Counted from the whole stretch's first letter, positions 1 to 10,998 are shown. The stretch is 52,637 nt of DNA, filler included, from Stramenopiles sp. TOSAG23-2 (GCA_900128395.1; 3 parts of 3 records of this genome joined end to end with filler, not necessarily neighbours in it), one strand, 5' to 3'. Numbers and translations: made by a program. Notes: generated by a model from the sequence alone, not told the origin.

Positions 1-167
1 TATCTAAACACCACTCCTACTGTCCAATAATGGTGGTTACGTGAAGATTTTATTACGTTTAGCATGACAATATCAGGTACAAAATCATCTTTATAAAAAA
101 AACGTTTGATTTTTAGTAGCTAAAAAAAACTACTAAAACATGTAAATTAATACACATTGTAATATTA

Positions 168-458
168 TTAGTTTAATAAATCATTAATACATATATATGT
201 AACACATTCTGAGAAGAAGATCATATCTGTCATGAAAATCCATAAAGCTAAGACAAATTCTTTAAAATCAATTTCATTGCTATGATCATTATCTAAAAAA
301 TAAAAACATCGATCCGTAAATTTCGTTCTATCTGTTTTTAAATATTTATAAAATTCATCAATCTGTATCGTTTCTGTTTCTTTTATATCAATTTTTTTAA
401 ATAGTTTATAAAATTTATTGATCATATCATCATCGAATTTTAAACATTGTTTACACAT
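168..458 (-). CDS. EF-hand protein (calcineurin B/recoverin-like), partial or possibly degenerate
   Basis: Two EF-hand-like loops (IDIKETETIQIDEF; LDNDHSNEIDFKEF). The ORF runs into AT-rich sequence, so it probably has an intron or is truncated near the contig end. Confidence 0.5.
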   Translation of the reverse strand: MCKQCLKFDDDMINKFYKLFKKIDIKETETIQIDEFYKYLKTDRTKFTDRCFYFLDNDHSNEIDFKEFVLALWIFMTDMIFFSECVTYICINDLLN

Positions 459-961
459 ATCATACTCATGTCACACATAATATAATTTATATATATATTT
501 AATTTTGTCCTTTAATTCTATTTTTAAATCTTGAATGACACATTTTGTTGAAGATCTCTCATGATGATGTGCTCATTATCATACTGCTGGACTGGTATTA
601 TATACAATTTTATTCTTGTGCTCTTTATCTTCTAAATTTATACTAGAAATATACAGTGTGTTACTAAGGTATAAGTATAATAAATACTTTTCTGTGAACC
701 TGGTGCATCGTATTCACCTGCTATATAGAGGCATATACACTACATAGCATATAGTAATGATATTATGATATCATAGCTTTGGTTTGTATTTATTTTCATT
801 GACAAGTAAAATTAGTCGGAACACACGACGTAAAAGTAAAATATTTTTACTTGGCTTGCCTTACGGCTTGCTCAATATATTCCATAGCAACAGCCATACG
901 CGACATTCTATGTATACGAATTTATGCATAATAATAATATTTAATTTACTCAAAAAATAAG

Positions 962-3469
962 TTAATTCCTACTCTCCAAATGTTTCGTCACATCGTTTTC
1001 CAAATTAAAGGCATAGAAATATCCACTATCTTTGAAAATATGTTCATAGGTCACGTGATGAATTAATCCAAGTTCAAAAAGGTCATTGGCCACTTTCAAT
1101 GCTTGTTGTCGAGTTTCAATGCGAATACTATTGCCTTCACTATCAACACCAAGAGTTAGAAGTGGCCACATACCCTCAATGTAATCGAGCAGGTTTGACC
1201 CTGGAACACAAGCCTCATACGTTATACACCTGTACCGCCTGTCAACAAACAGGTCTGTTTCTTCAACCAACGTTAACAACAAATCTTGCAGATTCTTTAC
1301 ATAGTCTCTCCCGAGACGCTTTTTTGTTTTTGCCAACGAGCTTCGCTTGTTCTTGGTGCCATAACTGTCTAGCAGTTTTACGTCTGTGGCGTAAACAATT
1401 CGGCGATAGAAAGAATGCAGTTTAGAAATTATGCGCCGCCATCCATTGTCTCTCATGAATATGAAAGTAGAAAATAAGAGGAGTCCCCTCCCACCTACAG
1501 TAATGGTATACACCAAATGCACAAACAAAAGAATTGGGTCTGTTTTTGACATACCCGTTCGAAGCATTTGAACCCCATCCAAAACCGCCGCTACTTGACC
1601 TACAATATAAAATCCTAGGAATATTTTCATTTTAAACATAAAGTCACCAGTTATCTGGCACTTTTTCTTTTCATGGTTATTAGCTGTGCTATCAGTTGTG
1701 CTAAGAAATGGCTCGTCAAAACCAATTATGGATGTAGCCCTGCCTCGACCCGTCGATTGATATAACATCCTGAATGTTACAAAAATGCATATTATTACCT
1801 CTATGGAAAGTATGGATACGTCGAGGTAAATATCCAAAGCACTATATTGATAAACACATGGATAATAACTTCCAGTCATTTGAAAACTCAGCGTTTTCAA
1901 GAGTTGCAGTGCTAGGGACATAACACCAGCCAATACGAAGGTCATTTTCCAACGTGTATAATACAGAATTGAAATTTCCTTTGAATTAACGTTTCCATTT
2001 TTATGAATAAAATATGTTTCCACAGCAACCGCAAAGGTAATAAACAAGCGCATCCATAACCCAAATAGATGTGATAAAAAGTACATGGTCGGATTTGCCA
2101 CAGCCATATCATATTCATGAGCATTCTTTGGCCAAACTGTGGTCTGAACACACTGCGTGGAGAAAATATTCTTCATCACTCCAAGCAAGCCCAATATCGG
2201 AATAAAACATTTTGGAAATGTTCGCCAGTCACTTGACACTGCGCCTGTTAAGGCGATCCAAAAATAACCGAATCCACTTGCAATTGCTATCCAAACATCT
2301 AGTGTGGTTGACTTGCCCAACGATGGATCTACTAACAAACCGGAAATGAGTAACATAACAGGCGTCCACAATAACATAACTAGTACGGTAGCTCCACTCA
2401 ACATGTCAGTTACAGGAGATTGTACTGATTGTGCAAACACTAATGCAAGGGAGGAAGACGGTAGCGACGAATAAATAAAACAATACTGGCTAAATTTAAA
2501 TGAGTTTTGTGAGCCATTGTAAAGCCAATTTGAGAAATAGTACGCTACAAAAGGAGCCACCATCACTTTCACCATTGAGAGTAGCACAGGGACGACCAAA
2601 CTTTTCCCTCGAAGTTTGTTTAATTTCCCGACAACTGACATGCCACCAGCGAAAAGGGCGGCCATTGTGTATGGCTGCCCCCCTAACTTTAGAGCTTGGT
2701 CAATCACAAGCGGAATGTTCCTATTGGAAGATATATCTCCAGCAGATACTGGATTCAAAACATTGTACGCACAACCGAACAAAATAGACAGCATAGACGG
2801 AGAATGCAGCAAATTAACAACAATAAGTGCAGCAGTTTTCCCACAACTCGATTGGTTAGATGCGCGTTTTTTTGCCCTGGTACTTAAGGCTCTCTCTGTT
2901 TCTGCTTGATTACCACCCGTTGCCAACGCCTGACCAACTTTAAACAGTGCAATGCATACAGAATATACACAAATTAGGGAGGCACCAACAACAACATACG
3001 TCATAGCAACCAAGTCTGTCTCTCCATTGGATGGTGGAAAAAGGGATTCTATCACAACCAAACCAACTGCATAGTCGTTTGAGCTGTGGGTAAACATAGA
3101 GTAAAGGCCCGCCCGGGTGATCCAGTGCTCCTTATTCCCTCGCCGTTTCGCTCCGTACGCAGCCATAGCACATCCTAAAAACACAGAAACAAATTTAGCG
3201 AAAATGCAAGAAATTACAATTCCAGGCTCGACGGCAGAGAAGTCAATTTGTGCGACACTGCGGAAGATCAATAATGGCAAACATACCTTCCCAATAAGAA
3301 CATTTATCCCTGCTAACGATGTCTTTGGAATAAATGATGTAATCACCGCCCCGTACCCTAACCCTGTCACAAAGAATATTTTAAACAAAGCACGTAGTAA
3401 AGGCCCGAGTTCAAAGGCTGTCGAACTGGCGGTGTTTCCATCCAAAACGGTCGCGTTCGCAAACTCCAT
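962..3469 (-). CDS. GPR155: GPR155/LYCHOS-like protein: PIN/auxin-efflux-type transporter domain + 7TM region + C-terminal DEP domain (835 aa from ATG 3469)
   Basis: The N-terminal Mem_trans/PIN-like helices carry the motifs CLPLLIFRSV..IDFS and AGLYSMFTHSSNDYAVG. About 7 further hydrophobic helices follow, then a DEP signature (DRRYR..TY...G.NLLDY...TRQQA...L...GLIHHVTYEHIFKDSGYFYAF). Domain order matches the known GPR155 architecture. Confidence 0.85.
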   Translation of the reverse strand: MEFANATVLDGNTASSTAFELGPLLRALFKIFFVTGLGYGAVITSFIPKTSLAGINVLIGKVCLPLLIFRSVAQIDFSAVEPGIVISCIFAKFVSVFLGCAMAAYGAKRRGNKEHWITRAGLYSMFTHSSNDYAVGLVVIESLFPPSNGETDLVAMTYVVVGASLICVYSVCIALFKVGQALATGGNQAETERALSTRAKKRASNQSSCGKTAALIVVNLLHSPSMLSILFGCAYNVLNPVSAGDISSNRNIPLVIDQALKLGGQPYTMAALFAGGMSVVGKLNKLRGKSLVVPVLLSMVKVMVAPFVAYYFSNWLYNGSQNSFKFSQYCFIYSSLPSSSLALVFAQSVQSPVTDMLSGATVLVMLLWTPVMLLISGLLVDPSLGKSTTLDVWIAIASGFGYFWIALTGAVSSDWRTFPKCFIPILGLLGVMKNIFSTQCVQTTVWPKNAHEYDMAVANPTMYFLSHLFGLWMRLFITFAVAVETYFIHKNGNVNSKEISILYYTRWKMTFVLAGVMSLALQLLKTLSFQMTGSYYPCVYQYSALDIYLDVSILSIEVIICIFVTFRMLYQSTGRGRATSIIGFDEPFLSTTDSTANNHEKKKCQITGDFMFKMKIFLGFYIVGQVAAVLDGVQMLRTGMSKTDPILLFVHLVYTITVGGRGLLLFSTFIFMRDNGWRRIISKLHSFYRRIVYATDVKLLDSYGTKNKRSSLAKTKKRLGRDYVKNLQDLLLTLVEETDLFVDRRYRCITYEACVPGSNLLDYIEGMWPLLTLGVDSEGNSIRIETRQQALKVANDLFELGLIHHVTYEHIFKDSGYFYAFNLENDVTKHLESRN

Positions 3470-3620
3470 CAACGAAGTACACAATTCAGGCCAATAATTT
3501 GTGTTTGCAGTGGTTTCAATATATATATATTATCTTACGTATACGCAATTAAGATGAGATTTTGAATTGATTGCACGATGCGTACACAAATTATATATAT
3601 ATATTGAAACAAAGATAAAT

Positions 3621-3950
3621 GAGACCTGAAAAGATATTATTTCTTTCGAATATAATTGTATAATTGAAAAGGAGACCTGGAAAGATATGATTGTTTTCGA
3701 ATATATATAATTTAAATTGTATAATCCAATTGAACTTTAAAATAATCTTTTTTACAGTATTATATATAAAAAAGAAGAATATTGCCAGATTGCGAATAAT
3801 TAATGATGTGCGAAGGCCATTCAATATATATATATATTCAATGATGTGTATGTGTGTAGTGTGTATTGTGTAAATTTTAATGTGCGAATCAATTCAATAT
3901 ATATTATATATTCAATGAGATGTGTATGTATGTTGTATGTGTGTAGTGTG
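3621..3950. repeat. Two pairs of diverged direct repeats (about 3621-3654/3672-3705 and about 3806-3863/3880-3950)
   Basis: GAGACCTG(A/G)AAAGATAT..TT..TTTCGAATATA occurs twice with period 51. ATGTGCGAA...ATTCAATATAT...ATTCAATGA..TGTGTATG..GTGTAGTGTG also occurs twice. The copies differ, so these are genuine older duplications. Confidence 0.7.
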
Positions 3951-4297
3951 CTAGTGTGTAGTGTATTATAGTCTATATAGGTCCTACATACAGTATAGAC
4001 TACCGACTACCCAGAAGCAAATTAGTTGTTTGTTTTCTCGTAGAACGAAAGTTCAGAGAGGAATTTTTATACGTGCTAGAAGTATTGATGGTTAAAATCT
4101 AGAAAGTACATACATTTCACATCATCATATAACAGTACGTTTGAAACATTAAATAATCTCAGTGTTATTGTATTCCTTCTGGAGAGTATGCTTCGTAGGA
4201 ATTAATCACATGAGTAAATTAAAAAAAATGTACGCGCGTAAGTTTATGCATTTTAATTATACTATAATATTTTTATGTGTGGATATAAAAAATAAGG

Positions 4298-5182
4298 TTG
4301 TATACTAGCCCAAATCAATTAGATGATATAAAAAATAATTCGCCATTGATTACAACGACCTCTAATATTGAAGAATTCAATATACACTCCTCCCCTACTA
4401 GCCCCAACAGCCAACTTGAAGATAATAACAAATTAGTACATACAGATAGAGATGGCAATATGTTGTCTAGTAGAAGTATAATGTCAAGGGGAGGAAGTGT
4501 TCGTAGCATCAGTATATCTCGTGGTCAAAGTAGACAATTTTTTATACCATTAAAACGCCCATATCGGGAAATTAAACCACACTTTAAAAGTAGCGTCAAG
4601 ATAGATGATAGGGGATTGCAAGTGGAAACATCCCATGCAGTTACAGGCCGTGAATTTTTAAGCTCAAGGCAATCAGGTAAATCATGGGCCAGCTCACCAA
4701 AGCTGCATGAAAATAATCAAACATGGAAAAAAGTAGGTGTTGGAAAGGATGGTACATTGCCATCCACAGGTTTGTACGAGGGTGAAAATTTTCGTCGTAG
4801 TCCATTACGATTTAATAAAAATTTTGATGAGAAAGGAAAAGGTTGGCAACAATGGGAAAGTAAACGATTAGAGCAATCCGGTTGGGAATGGACACATGGT
4901 TTGAAGCCACGATGGATCAAGAGCACAAAAAAACAACAAATAGAAAATCGAATAAATGGAATTATAAATGAACAATATGTAACACATGAAACACAAGATC
5001 AATTACGAGTAAAAGGAAAAAGTAAGCAGAAATTGAGATATTTAAATCACATCAATGAAATGAATGAATATAGATTAAAACGTTTAGGTGATAATGTTGG
5101 TAAAGGGATGTTACATTCTCAAATATCAATACGGCAAAGAAGTGGTCATTTTGGTGGTGAAAATGGTATTAGCTTGGCGTAA
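4298..5182 (+). CDS. Hypothetical protein, Ser/Arg-rich; 5' end uncertain (possible short upstream exon from ATG 4210)
   Basis: 885-bp open frame in AT-rich DNA with no recognisable domain. The listed start is TTG, and GT donor-like sites lie at 4230 and 4238. Confidence 0.55.
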   Translation: MYTSPNQLDDIKNNSPLITTTSNIEEFNIHSSPTSPNSQLEDNNKLVHTDRDGNMLSSRSIMSRGGSVRSISISRGQSRQFFIPLKRPYREIKPHFKSSVKIDDRGLQVETSHAVTGREFLSSRQSGKSWASSPKLHENNQTWKKVGVGKDGTLPSTGLYEGENFRRSPLRFNKNFDEKGKGWQQWESKRLEQSGWEWTHGLKPRWIKSTKKQQIENRINGIINEQYVTHETQDQLRVKGKSKQKLRYLNHINEMNEYRLKRLGDNVGKGMLHSQISIRQRSGHFGGENGISLA

Positions 5183-5480
5183 AAAGAAGTTTTTTTGTGT
5201 TTTATAATATTATATATAAAAAAAAACAAAAGCATTTATGTACTTGTGCGCGTGTAAAAATTTAAAAAAAAGAGGGGGAGAGTATTTTAAAAACAAAATA
5301 AATATTACGATCTCGTATATTATAATAATGGACACAAATGTCCATCAGACTTCTGGCGGTGTGTATTTTTTTTTGTATTATTGTGACGGAATTTTAATAA
5401 AAAAAAAAATAAAATCATTGTCAATTTAAGAAGCTTTTTAACTTTGTATTTATTATGGGCCTTTAAAAATAAATTATTTT

Positions 5481-5704
5481 TACTTTTTTGTGTACCTGTA
5501 CCTCTTCTCTTTTTTTTCTTCTCAGCACGCTCGTGAAAATGTAATTTACATATTTTACGAAGAGGAAAACCCAATTTTACATTTACATTTTTTACTTTTT
5601 TGTGTACCTGTACCTCTTCTCTTTTTTTTCTTCTCAGCACGCTCGTGAAAATGTAATTTACATATTTTACGAAGAGGAAAACCCAATTTTACATTTACAT
5701 TTTT
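5481..5704. repeat. Perfect tandem duplication, 112-bp unit x2
   Basis: TACTTTTTTGTGTACCTG... starts at 5481 and 5593. Confidence 0.95.
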
Positions 5705-5711
5705 AACAATT

Positions 5712-6398
5712 TTATTGTTCATCTTCAGTTCCATCTTCTGCTCCAATCCATTGTTGAAATGCCCAAAAGAATTCTTTAAAGGAAATATTACCATCATGAT
5801 CCCAATCCATCTCTGCCCAACGCTCTTTTGTTAAAACACTTGATGCACTTGAATTTTTAAATGCTCCTTCCTTTGATTGCATTTGTTTCATTACTTCCTC
5901 TTTATCTAACGTTCCCCCACCATCAACATCAAAGATAAAATATGCACCTAATACATCATCAAACGCTCGTTTTACCTCCCCGCCTAAACCTTCTGAATCT
6001 GCTACTTTAATGTCACCAAGAACATAACCTAACGCTAAACATACCATAAATTCTTTATGTGTCAATTGATTGTTATGATACATATCTGCTTCGTGGAATA
6101 CTAAATTAATTTCTTCATCTGTCATCAATTGTGTCCCTAGCTTTCCCATAATTGGCTTAATTTCCTCATAATCCAAAGTACCATTACCATCATCATCACA
6201 ACTTTTAAATAAATCTTTAACTTTTTGGAACGCTCCATTTATTTTTGGAAATCTTAAAATGACTTGGTCAAAACTATTTATATGCCCTTTTTTTACAGAA
6301 TCATATTGTGTTTTAAATTTACGCAATGATGCAGAAACACGTTTATCAAAAGCAGATGGCTCCGCTGGCGCTGTTTTTTTACTATTTCCACAACCCAT
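5712..6398 (-). CDS. Calmodulin-like EF-hand Ca2+-binding protein with N-terminal myristoylation/palmitoylation motif
   Basis: MGCGNSK N-terminus and four EF loops (DDDGNGTLDYEE, DMYHNNQLTHKE, DVDGGGTLDKEE, DWDHDGNISFKE). Confidence 0.9.
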   Translation of the reverse strand: MGCGNSKKTAPAEPSAFDKRVSASLRKFKTQYDSVKKGHINSFDQVILRFPKINGAFQKVKDLFKSCDDDGNGTLDYEEIKPIMGKLGTQLMTDEEINLVFHEADMYHNNQLTHKEFMVCLALGYVLGDIKVADSEGLGGEVKRAFDDVLGAYFIFDVDGGGTLDKEEVMKQMQSKEGAFKNSSASSVLTKERWAEMDWDHDGNISFKEFFWAFQQWIGAEDGTEDEQ

Positions 6399-6693
6399 AT
6401 TTATGTATGTAATATATATATGAATTATTCTTCACCTATATTTTTGTATATTGTATTTATTTATATCTATATACATACATTTATCTCTCTTTTTGATATT
6501 TTTGAGTATTAATATTTGAAACATCATTTCTATTTCTATATTTATTGATCGGGAGTTGCACATCACATGATGTGTTGATGACGTGGTGCCGTAACGAACA
6601 GTGTGATATACGAGGCGCGTCCTCGTATTCATCAGGTTAAGGTTGATTTTTAAATATCTCCTCATTTATGGTATTGTAAATAGTATTTCACAC

Positions 6694-8616
6694 CTATCTA
6701 ATTGAAAGTGGTTTGTTAATATTGCATTGAATGATTTTACTTTCTTCACCTAATATTTCCATTGAATCAGTACCAACAACATTTTGTTTTTGCAAAGCAT
6801 TATTATAAATACCTTTATGTGTATCAAAAATTATATGACACCCAGAATAACCTTGTTTTGCAAAGTCTTTGATTTGAAAATTTGCTTTCTCAAGTCCTAA
6901 GTTATTTACAATTATGAAGTCATGTGGATGTGGATATTCATTACTACCTTTTTCTACATTCGCATCATCAATGGAATGCCTTTGATAGACAAATAAATTG
7001 GCTTGCCCGTCGATTGCATTTATATTTTTATCTGTATAATCACCATGATTTAAAGTGGTGGATGATTGTCGAAAATTTAAAAGACTTTTTACCATATGCA
7101 ACATCGACCCTTCATCATTCTGTTGCTGTTCCACATTAGTATTAACATAATCTTCTGAAATTGGGAGCCATGGTACTGTTGACGCATCAGTAAAACCACT
7201 ATTTGCATTAGCCGTGTTCCATTGTATCGGTGTTCGTTCTGGATCTCTACATCGCATACCTTCATAATTTACAATGCATGTTGGATCTTGACGTTTCCCA
7301 TCAGGAACATATCCATTTTTCTGTCCAATTTCATCACCATTATATATAGTCGGTGTTCCTCGTAATGTTAATAAAATTGTAGTTGCAACTTTCAATAAAT
7401 CAAGGCTTTTTAAACGCGAGCGAACACGATGCACATCATGGTTTCCTAACACATTGTTCGGATATCCAAAGCTTGGTATTGAATCATAATATTCACGAAC
7501 CATTTTTTTCAATGCTACACCTGATCTCCATGGTTCTTTCCCTTTTTCGTAATTGATATCGGTAAAACCACCACCAAAAAAGCCTAATAAATTCATATTA
7601 AATGGCATGCTTAATTCTGGTTCATTTTCACTTTTACCATAATATGACATAACATCTTCTTGTGAAACAACTTGATCACCATAAATTTCTCCAATCATCA
7701 TTTTCTCATCGCCAAATTCATTGCATACATCTCTCATCTTTTGTATCAAATCATGTAGCCCGTCAATATTTTCTGTACGTGTATGAATTAATTTACTGTA
7801 CCCATCTTTTACGGGATCACCTTTGAAATTGGGATCAATTGGTTCATCACGAAATTCAGGATCTTCTAACATATATGCAAATGCATCAACTCTGAATCCA
7901 TCAACACCTTTTTTCAACCAGAAACGCAAAATGTCCAAATAAGCTTTTTGTAAATCAGGATTTCTCCAATTGAAATCAGGCTGCCCGCTTAAAAAGCAAT
8001 GATAATAATATTCATCCGTAGTTGGATCATGTGTCCAGCCAGAACATGTAGCATTCATGCAAAACATAGTCCGCCAATTATTTGGTGGGCCAACTTTACC
8101 AGTATTTGGATCTTTTTTACCTTCCTTCCATATATACCAATCTCGCTTTGGATTATCTTTACTAGATTTACTTTCGATAAACCATTCATGTTCATCGGAA
8201 CTATGATTTGGTACTAGGTCCATTATTATGCGTAAATTTAATTTTTTAGCCTCAGCCAATAAATTATCAAAATCTTTCATAGTACCATATATTTTTCCAA
8301 CATCTTTAAAATCTGATATGTCATATCCAAAATCTTTTTGAGGGCTTTTGTAAAAAGGGCTGATCCAAATTGCAGTGATGCCTAAATCTTTTAAATATGT
8401 TAATTTTTTCGTGATGCCTATTAACGTTCCATCTCCTGTACATTTTGGTTCGCATCCATCCAAAAAACTTCGAGGATAAATTTGATAAATAACACCAGTT
8501 TTCCACCACATTAATTTCTTAGGTCTTGCTGTTGTCGTAGCTTTCACAAACGATGTTGTTGAGAAAGATGAGGATAATAATAACGTCGTTATTATTGTTA
8601 TCAATAATTTTATCAT
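6694..8616 (-). CDS. Secreted GH13 alpha-glucosidase/maltase (640 aa from ATG 8616)
   Basis: Signal peptide MIKLLITIITTLLLSSS. GH13 motifs YQIYPRSF, DFGYDISD and DLVPNH, with catalytic GFRVDA, IGEIY and LGNHD. Confidence 0.93.
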   Translation of the reverse strand: MIKLLITIITTLLLSSSFSTTSFVKATTTARPKKLMWWKTGVIYQIYPRSFLDGCEPKCTGDGTLIGITKKLTYLKDLGITAIWISPFYKSPQKDFGYDISDFKDVGKIYGTMKDFDNLLAEAKKLNLRIIMDLVPNHSSDEHEWFIESKSSKDNPKRDWYIWKEGKKDPNTGKVGPPNNWRTMFCMNATCSGWTHDPTTDEYYYHCFLSGQPDFNWRNPDLQKAYLDILRFWLKKGVDGFRVDAFAYMLEDPEFRDEPIDPNFKGDPVKDGYSKLIHTRTENIDGLHDLIQKMRDVCNEFGDEKMMIGEIYGDQVVSQEDVMSYYGKSENEPELSMPFNMNLLGFFGGGFTDINYEKGKEPWRSGVALKKMVREYYDSIPSFGYPNNVLGNHDVHRVRSRLKSLDLLKVATTILLTLRGTPTIYNGDEIGQKNGYVPDGKRQDPTCIVNYEGMRCRDPERTPIQWNTANANSGFTDASTVPWLPISEDYVNTNVEQQQNDEGSMLHMVKSLLNFRQSSTTLNHGDYTDKNINAIDGQANLFVYQRHSIDDANVEKGSNEYPHPHDFIIVNNLGLEKANFQIKDFAKQGYSGCHIIFDTHKGIYNNALQKQNVVGTDSMEILGEESKIIQCNINKPLSIR

Positions 8617-8617
8617 T

Positions 8618-10315
8618 TTAACCATCATAATTATGAAAATTCGTTGTATGCAACTCTGCCTCCCTTTCTGCCTCTGCAAGTGCAAGTTCTTCCTCTGCAT
8701 CTTCAACAGCTTGTTTTCTTCGTTTCTTTAATTTCTTTAATTCTTTTTCTTGGCGTTTCAATGCCCTTTCATTCACATGGCTGTCAAATCGCTTTTTCGT
8801 TGCCATGACATCATCCGGTTTATATGTTTGGGATGCATATGAATTTTTCGTTTGCTGCGCTTGTAAAAATTGTTGCTGCAACGAATTGGTAGCTTGAGAT
8901 TGGCCACGACGTGGACCACCTAGTGTTTTACGACCAGCACGTGTTGGAGAGGTGATGGCAAAACTTTCCCAGTCCATTGATTGATCTAATCCAGTGACAC
9001 CTTGACTAAATTCATTTTGTTCATAATCAATTGCCTCATATAAATCGCCAGCAAAATCACGTTTAATACCAAGTTTTACTCGTAAGTCACCCATGAACGA
9101 ATTTTCAGCTAAAGCTTGTAAATTTCGTTCCGTGATCGTTTTACTGTGAGATGCAATTGTCCTTTCCAATTGTTGCGTTGTTGGAGAAGAAAGTAATTGA
9201 TCACGCAATAAAATCATAATTGTAATTGCAAAATTTGGTATCATCTTATCAAATGAACCTAACATCAATGCTTGATCCCATATATAGCAACAGACCGGCA
9301 TCGAGACGGTTCCAACAAAGCATCTTAATATATGTGGTTCTAATAAATTGGAAATGTAAGTTTCTGTTGTTACACCAGAAACAGTTGTCGTTGCAGTGGC
9401 ATTGATTTGTGCAATGTGCTCGTATAATTCTTTATCTAATTTTTCTAAACTTTCAGATAGAAATGTAGTGATCGAACTCATATATTTTGGCCTTGGCAAT
9501 TCCATCAAAGCTAGATAAGCTTCGATAACGGCACTTGCCTCGGTATTTACTGCGCAATATATATGTGACAGTGGCAAACATAAATAATAATTAACCTCTT
9601 CTAAATCACGTTGCGTCAAAGTTTCATAATATGACAATGTTGTTTTCATCAAGGAAATCAATGTAGATATGCGATGTGTCTCTAACTCTGGAAATTTGCT
9701 ATCGATTAACATTTGGCATTTATTGGATATATCTGCATCGTGGTCACTTATGGTGCTCATTCTAGATTTAATTACATCACGTTCATATTTTTGCCTTGCT
9801 TCTGGATGTCCTAAAAACATACTCCATGCTTGCTTACGTAAAGGGCCAGGAAATTCATGATTTAACATAATACGCATTGTACTTTTTTCAGAGGGCAACC
9901 GCTTCAACAATCGAGTAGCACCTTCTGCTGCTCGTTCCAATATCATATCTACTTTATTTACACGACTACTACCAGTTTCTAATAACTCTCGTTCCACTTG
10001 ATTTGATAATGACTCATCTAACGAACGACTTAATACACCTTGAAAATTTTTATAAACATTATCATGCGCTAACGACCGTTCTACCTCATCAATGAATAAA
10101 GCTTTTTCAACATCATTCAAATCTGAGAAAAATTGGATGTGATTTTGTTTCAAACGGTCTTGCACTGAGTGATACACAACTGTGGTTAAATTTTGCCATT
10201 CTTGTGAGGACATAAGGTCCGAACGCATATTTTCTAACCACCCTGGTAATAAACGTTTCATTTGTTCTTGCTCATCTCTTTTCGTTGGTGAAGTTCCAAA
10301 TGTTGTACTATTCAT
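8618..10315 (-). CDS. Rab-GAP TBC-domain-like protein with C-terminal charged coiled coil
   Basis: TBC-like segments FPGPLRKQAWSMFLG and L..CFVGTVSMPVCCYIWDQ.L..G; 565-aa ORF. Confidence 0.7.
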   Translation of the reverse strand: MNSTTFGTSPTKRDEQEQMKRLLPGWLENMRSDLMSSQEWQNLTTVVYHSVQDRLKQNHIQFFSDLNDVEKALFIDEVERSLAHDNVYKNFQGVLSRSLDESLSNQVERELLETGSSRVNKVDMILERAAEGATRLLKRLPSEKSTMRIMLNHEFPGPLRKQAWSMFLGHPEARQKYERDVIKSRMSTISDHDADISNKCQMLIDSKFPELETHRISTLISLMKTTLSYYETLTQRDLEEVNYYLCLPLSHIYCAVNTEASAVIEAYLALMELPRPKYMSSITTFLSESLEKLDKELYEHIAQINATATTTVSGVTTETYISNLLEPHILRCFVGTVSMPVCCYIWDQALMLGSFDKMIPNFAITIMILLRDQLLSSPTTQQLERTIASHSKTITERNLQALAENSFMGDLRVKLGIKRDFAGDLYEAIDYEQNEFSQGVTGLDQSMDWESFAITSPTRAGRKTLGGPRRGQSQATNSLQQQFLQAQQTKNSYASQTYKPDDVMATKKRFDSHVNERALKRQEKELKKLKKRRKQAVEDAEEELALAEAEREAELHTTNFHNYDG

Positions 10316-10998
10316 GTTTTATATTATATATATTGTCTTTAGATATAGCTCTCTCTCTCTCTCTCTCTTAGGTTATATTAAGAAAGAACCAGTAAAACAA
10401 CAAATAAAATAAAAGAAGATAAAGTTAGATAGATAATATACTTTCAGTTTACGTTTTGTTTTTGTTTCTAAGATATTGTGATCTGTATATGTACATTACT
10501 TCTCTGTCGTATAATTATTAATTTTTTTTTTTCAATAATAATAATATTTATTCTTTATCGATATATATATTATTTTCCCATTGTTATTAGTGTTATTTGA
10601 GACGTGGCAGAAGATCAATTCTATTTTTAAAAAAACAATAATTATTTTCTAGAAATGGGCAAAACCGCCGCCGCCAGGCATAATATCAGCATCACAGCAA
10701 CTTTTTAGACATGTAACTAGGTTTTTTCTCTCTTCTTAGTATACTGATATACCAAGTAAGTAACAATTATTATTTTCAAAAAAATACATACGTATAGCAC
10801 TATAGACAGGAGGCCAAAAAGCCAAAAAAAAAGGAAGAAGAAATAAAATTTCTATATTGAATTTCAAGTATATATTTATATATATTGGCATTGGGCAAAC
10901 ACATCTTAGCTCAGTCATTTTCCAATACACTTTTTTGCATTTGTCAATACGAATTTATTATATTATATATTGCATTGCTGGTGCTGGTTTCTGTAATC

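Noticed and set aside
1099-3497. Antisense ORFs over the LYCHOS gene and over other long CDSs
   Set aside because: Shadow ORFs of real genes, with no motifs.
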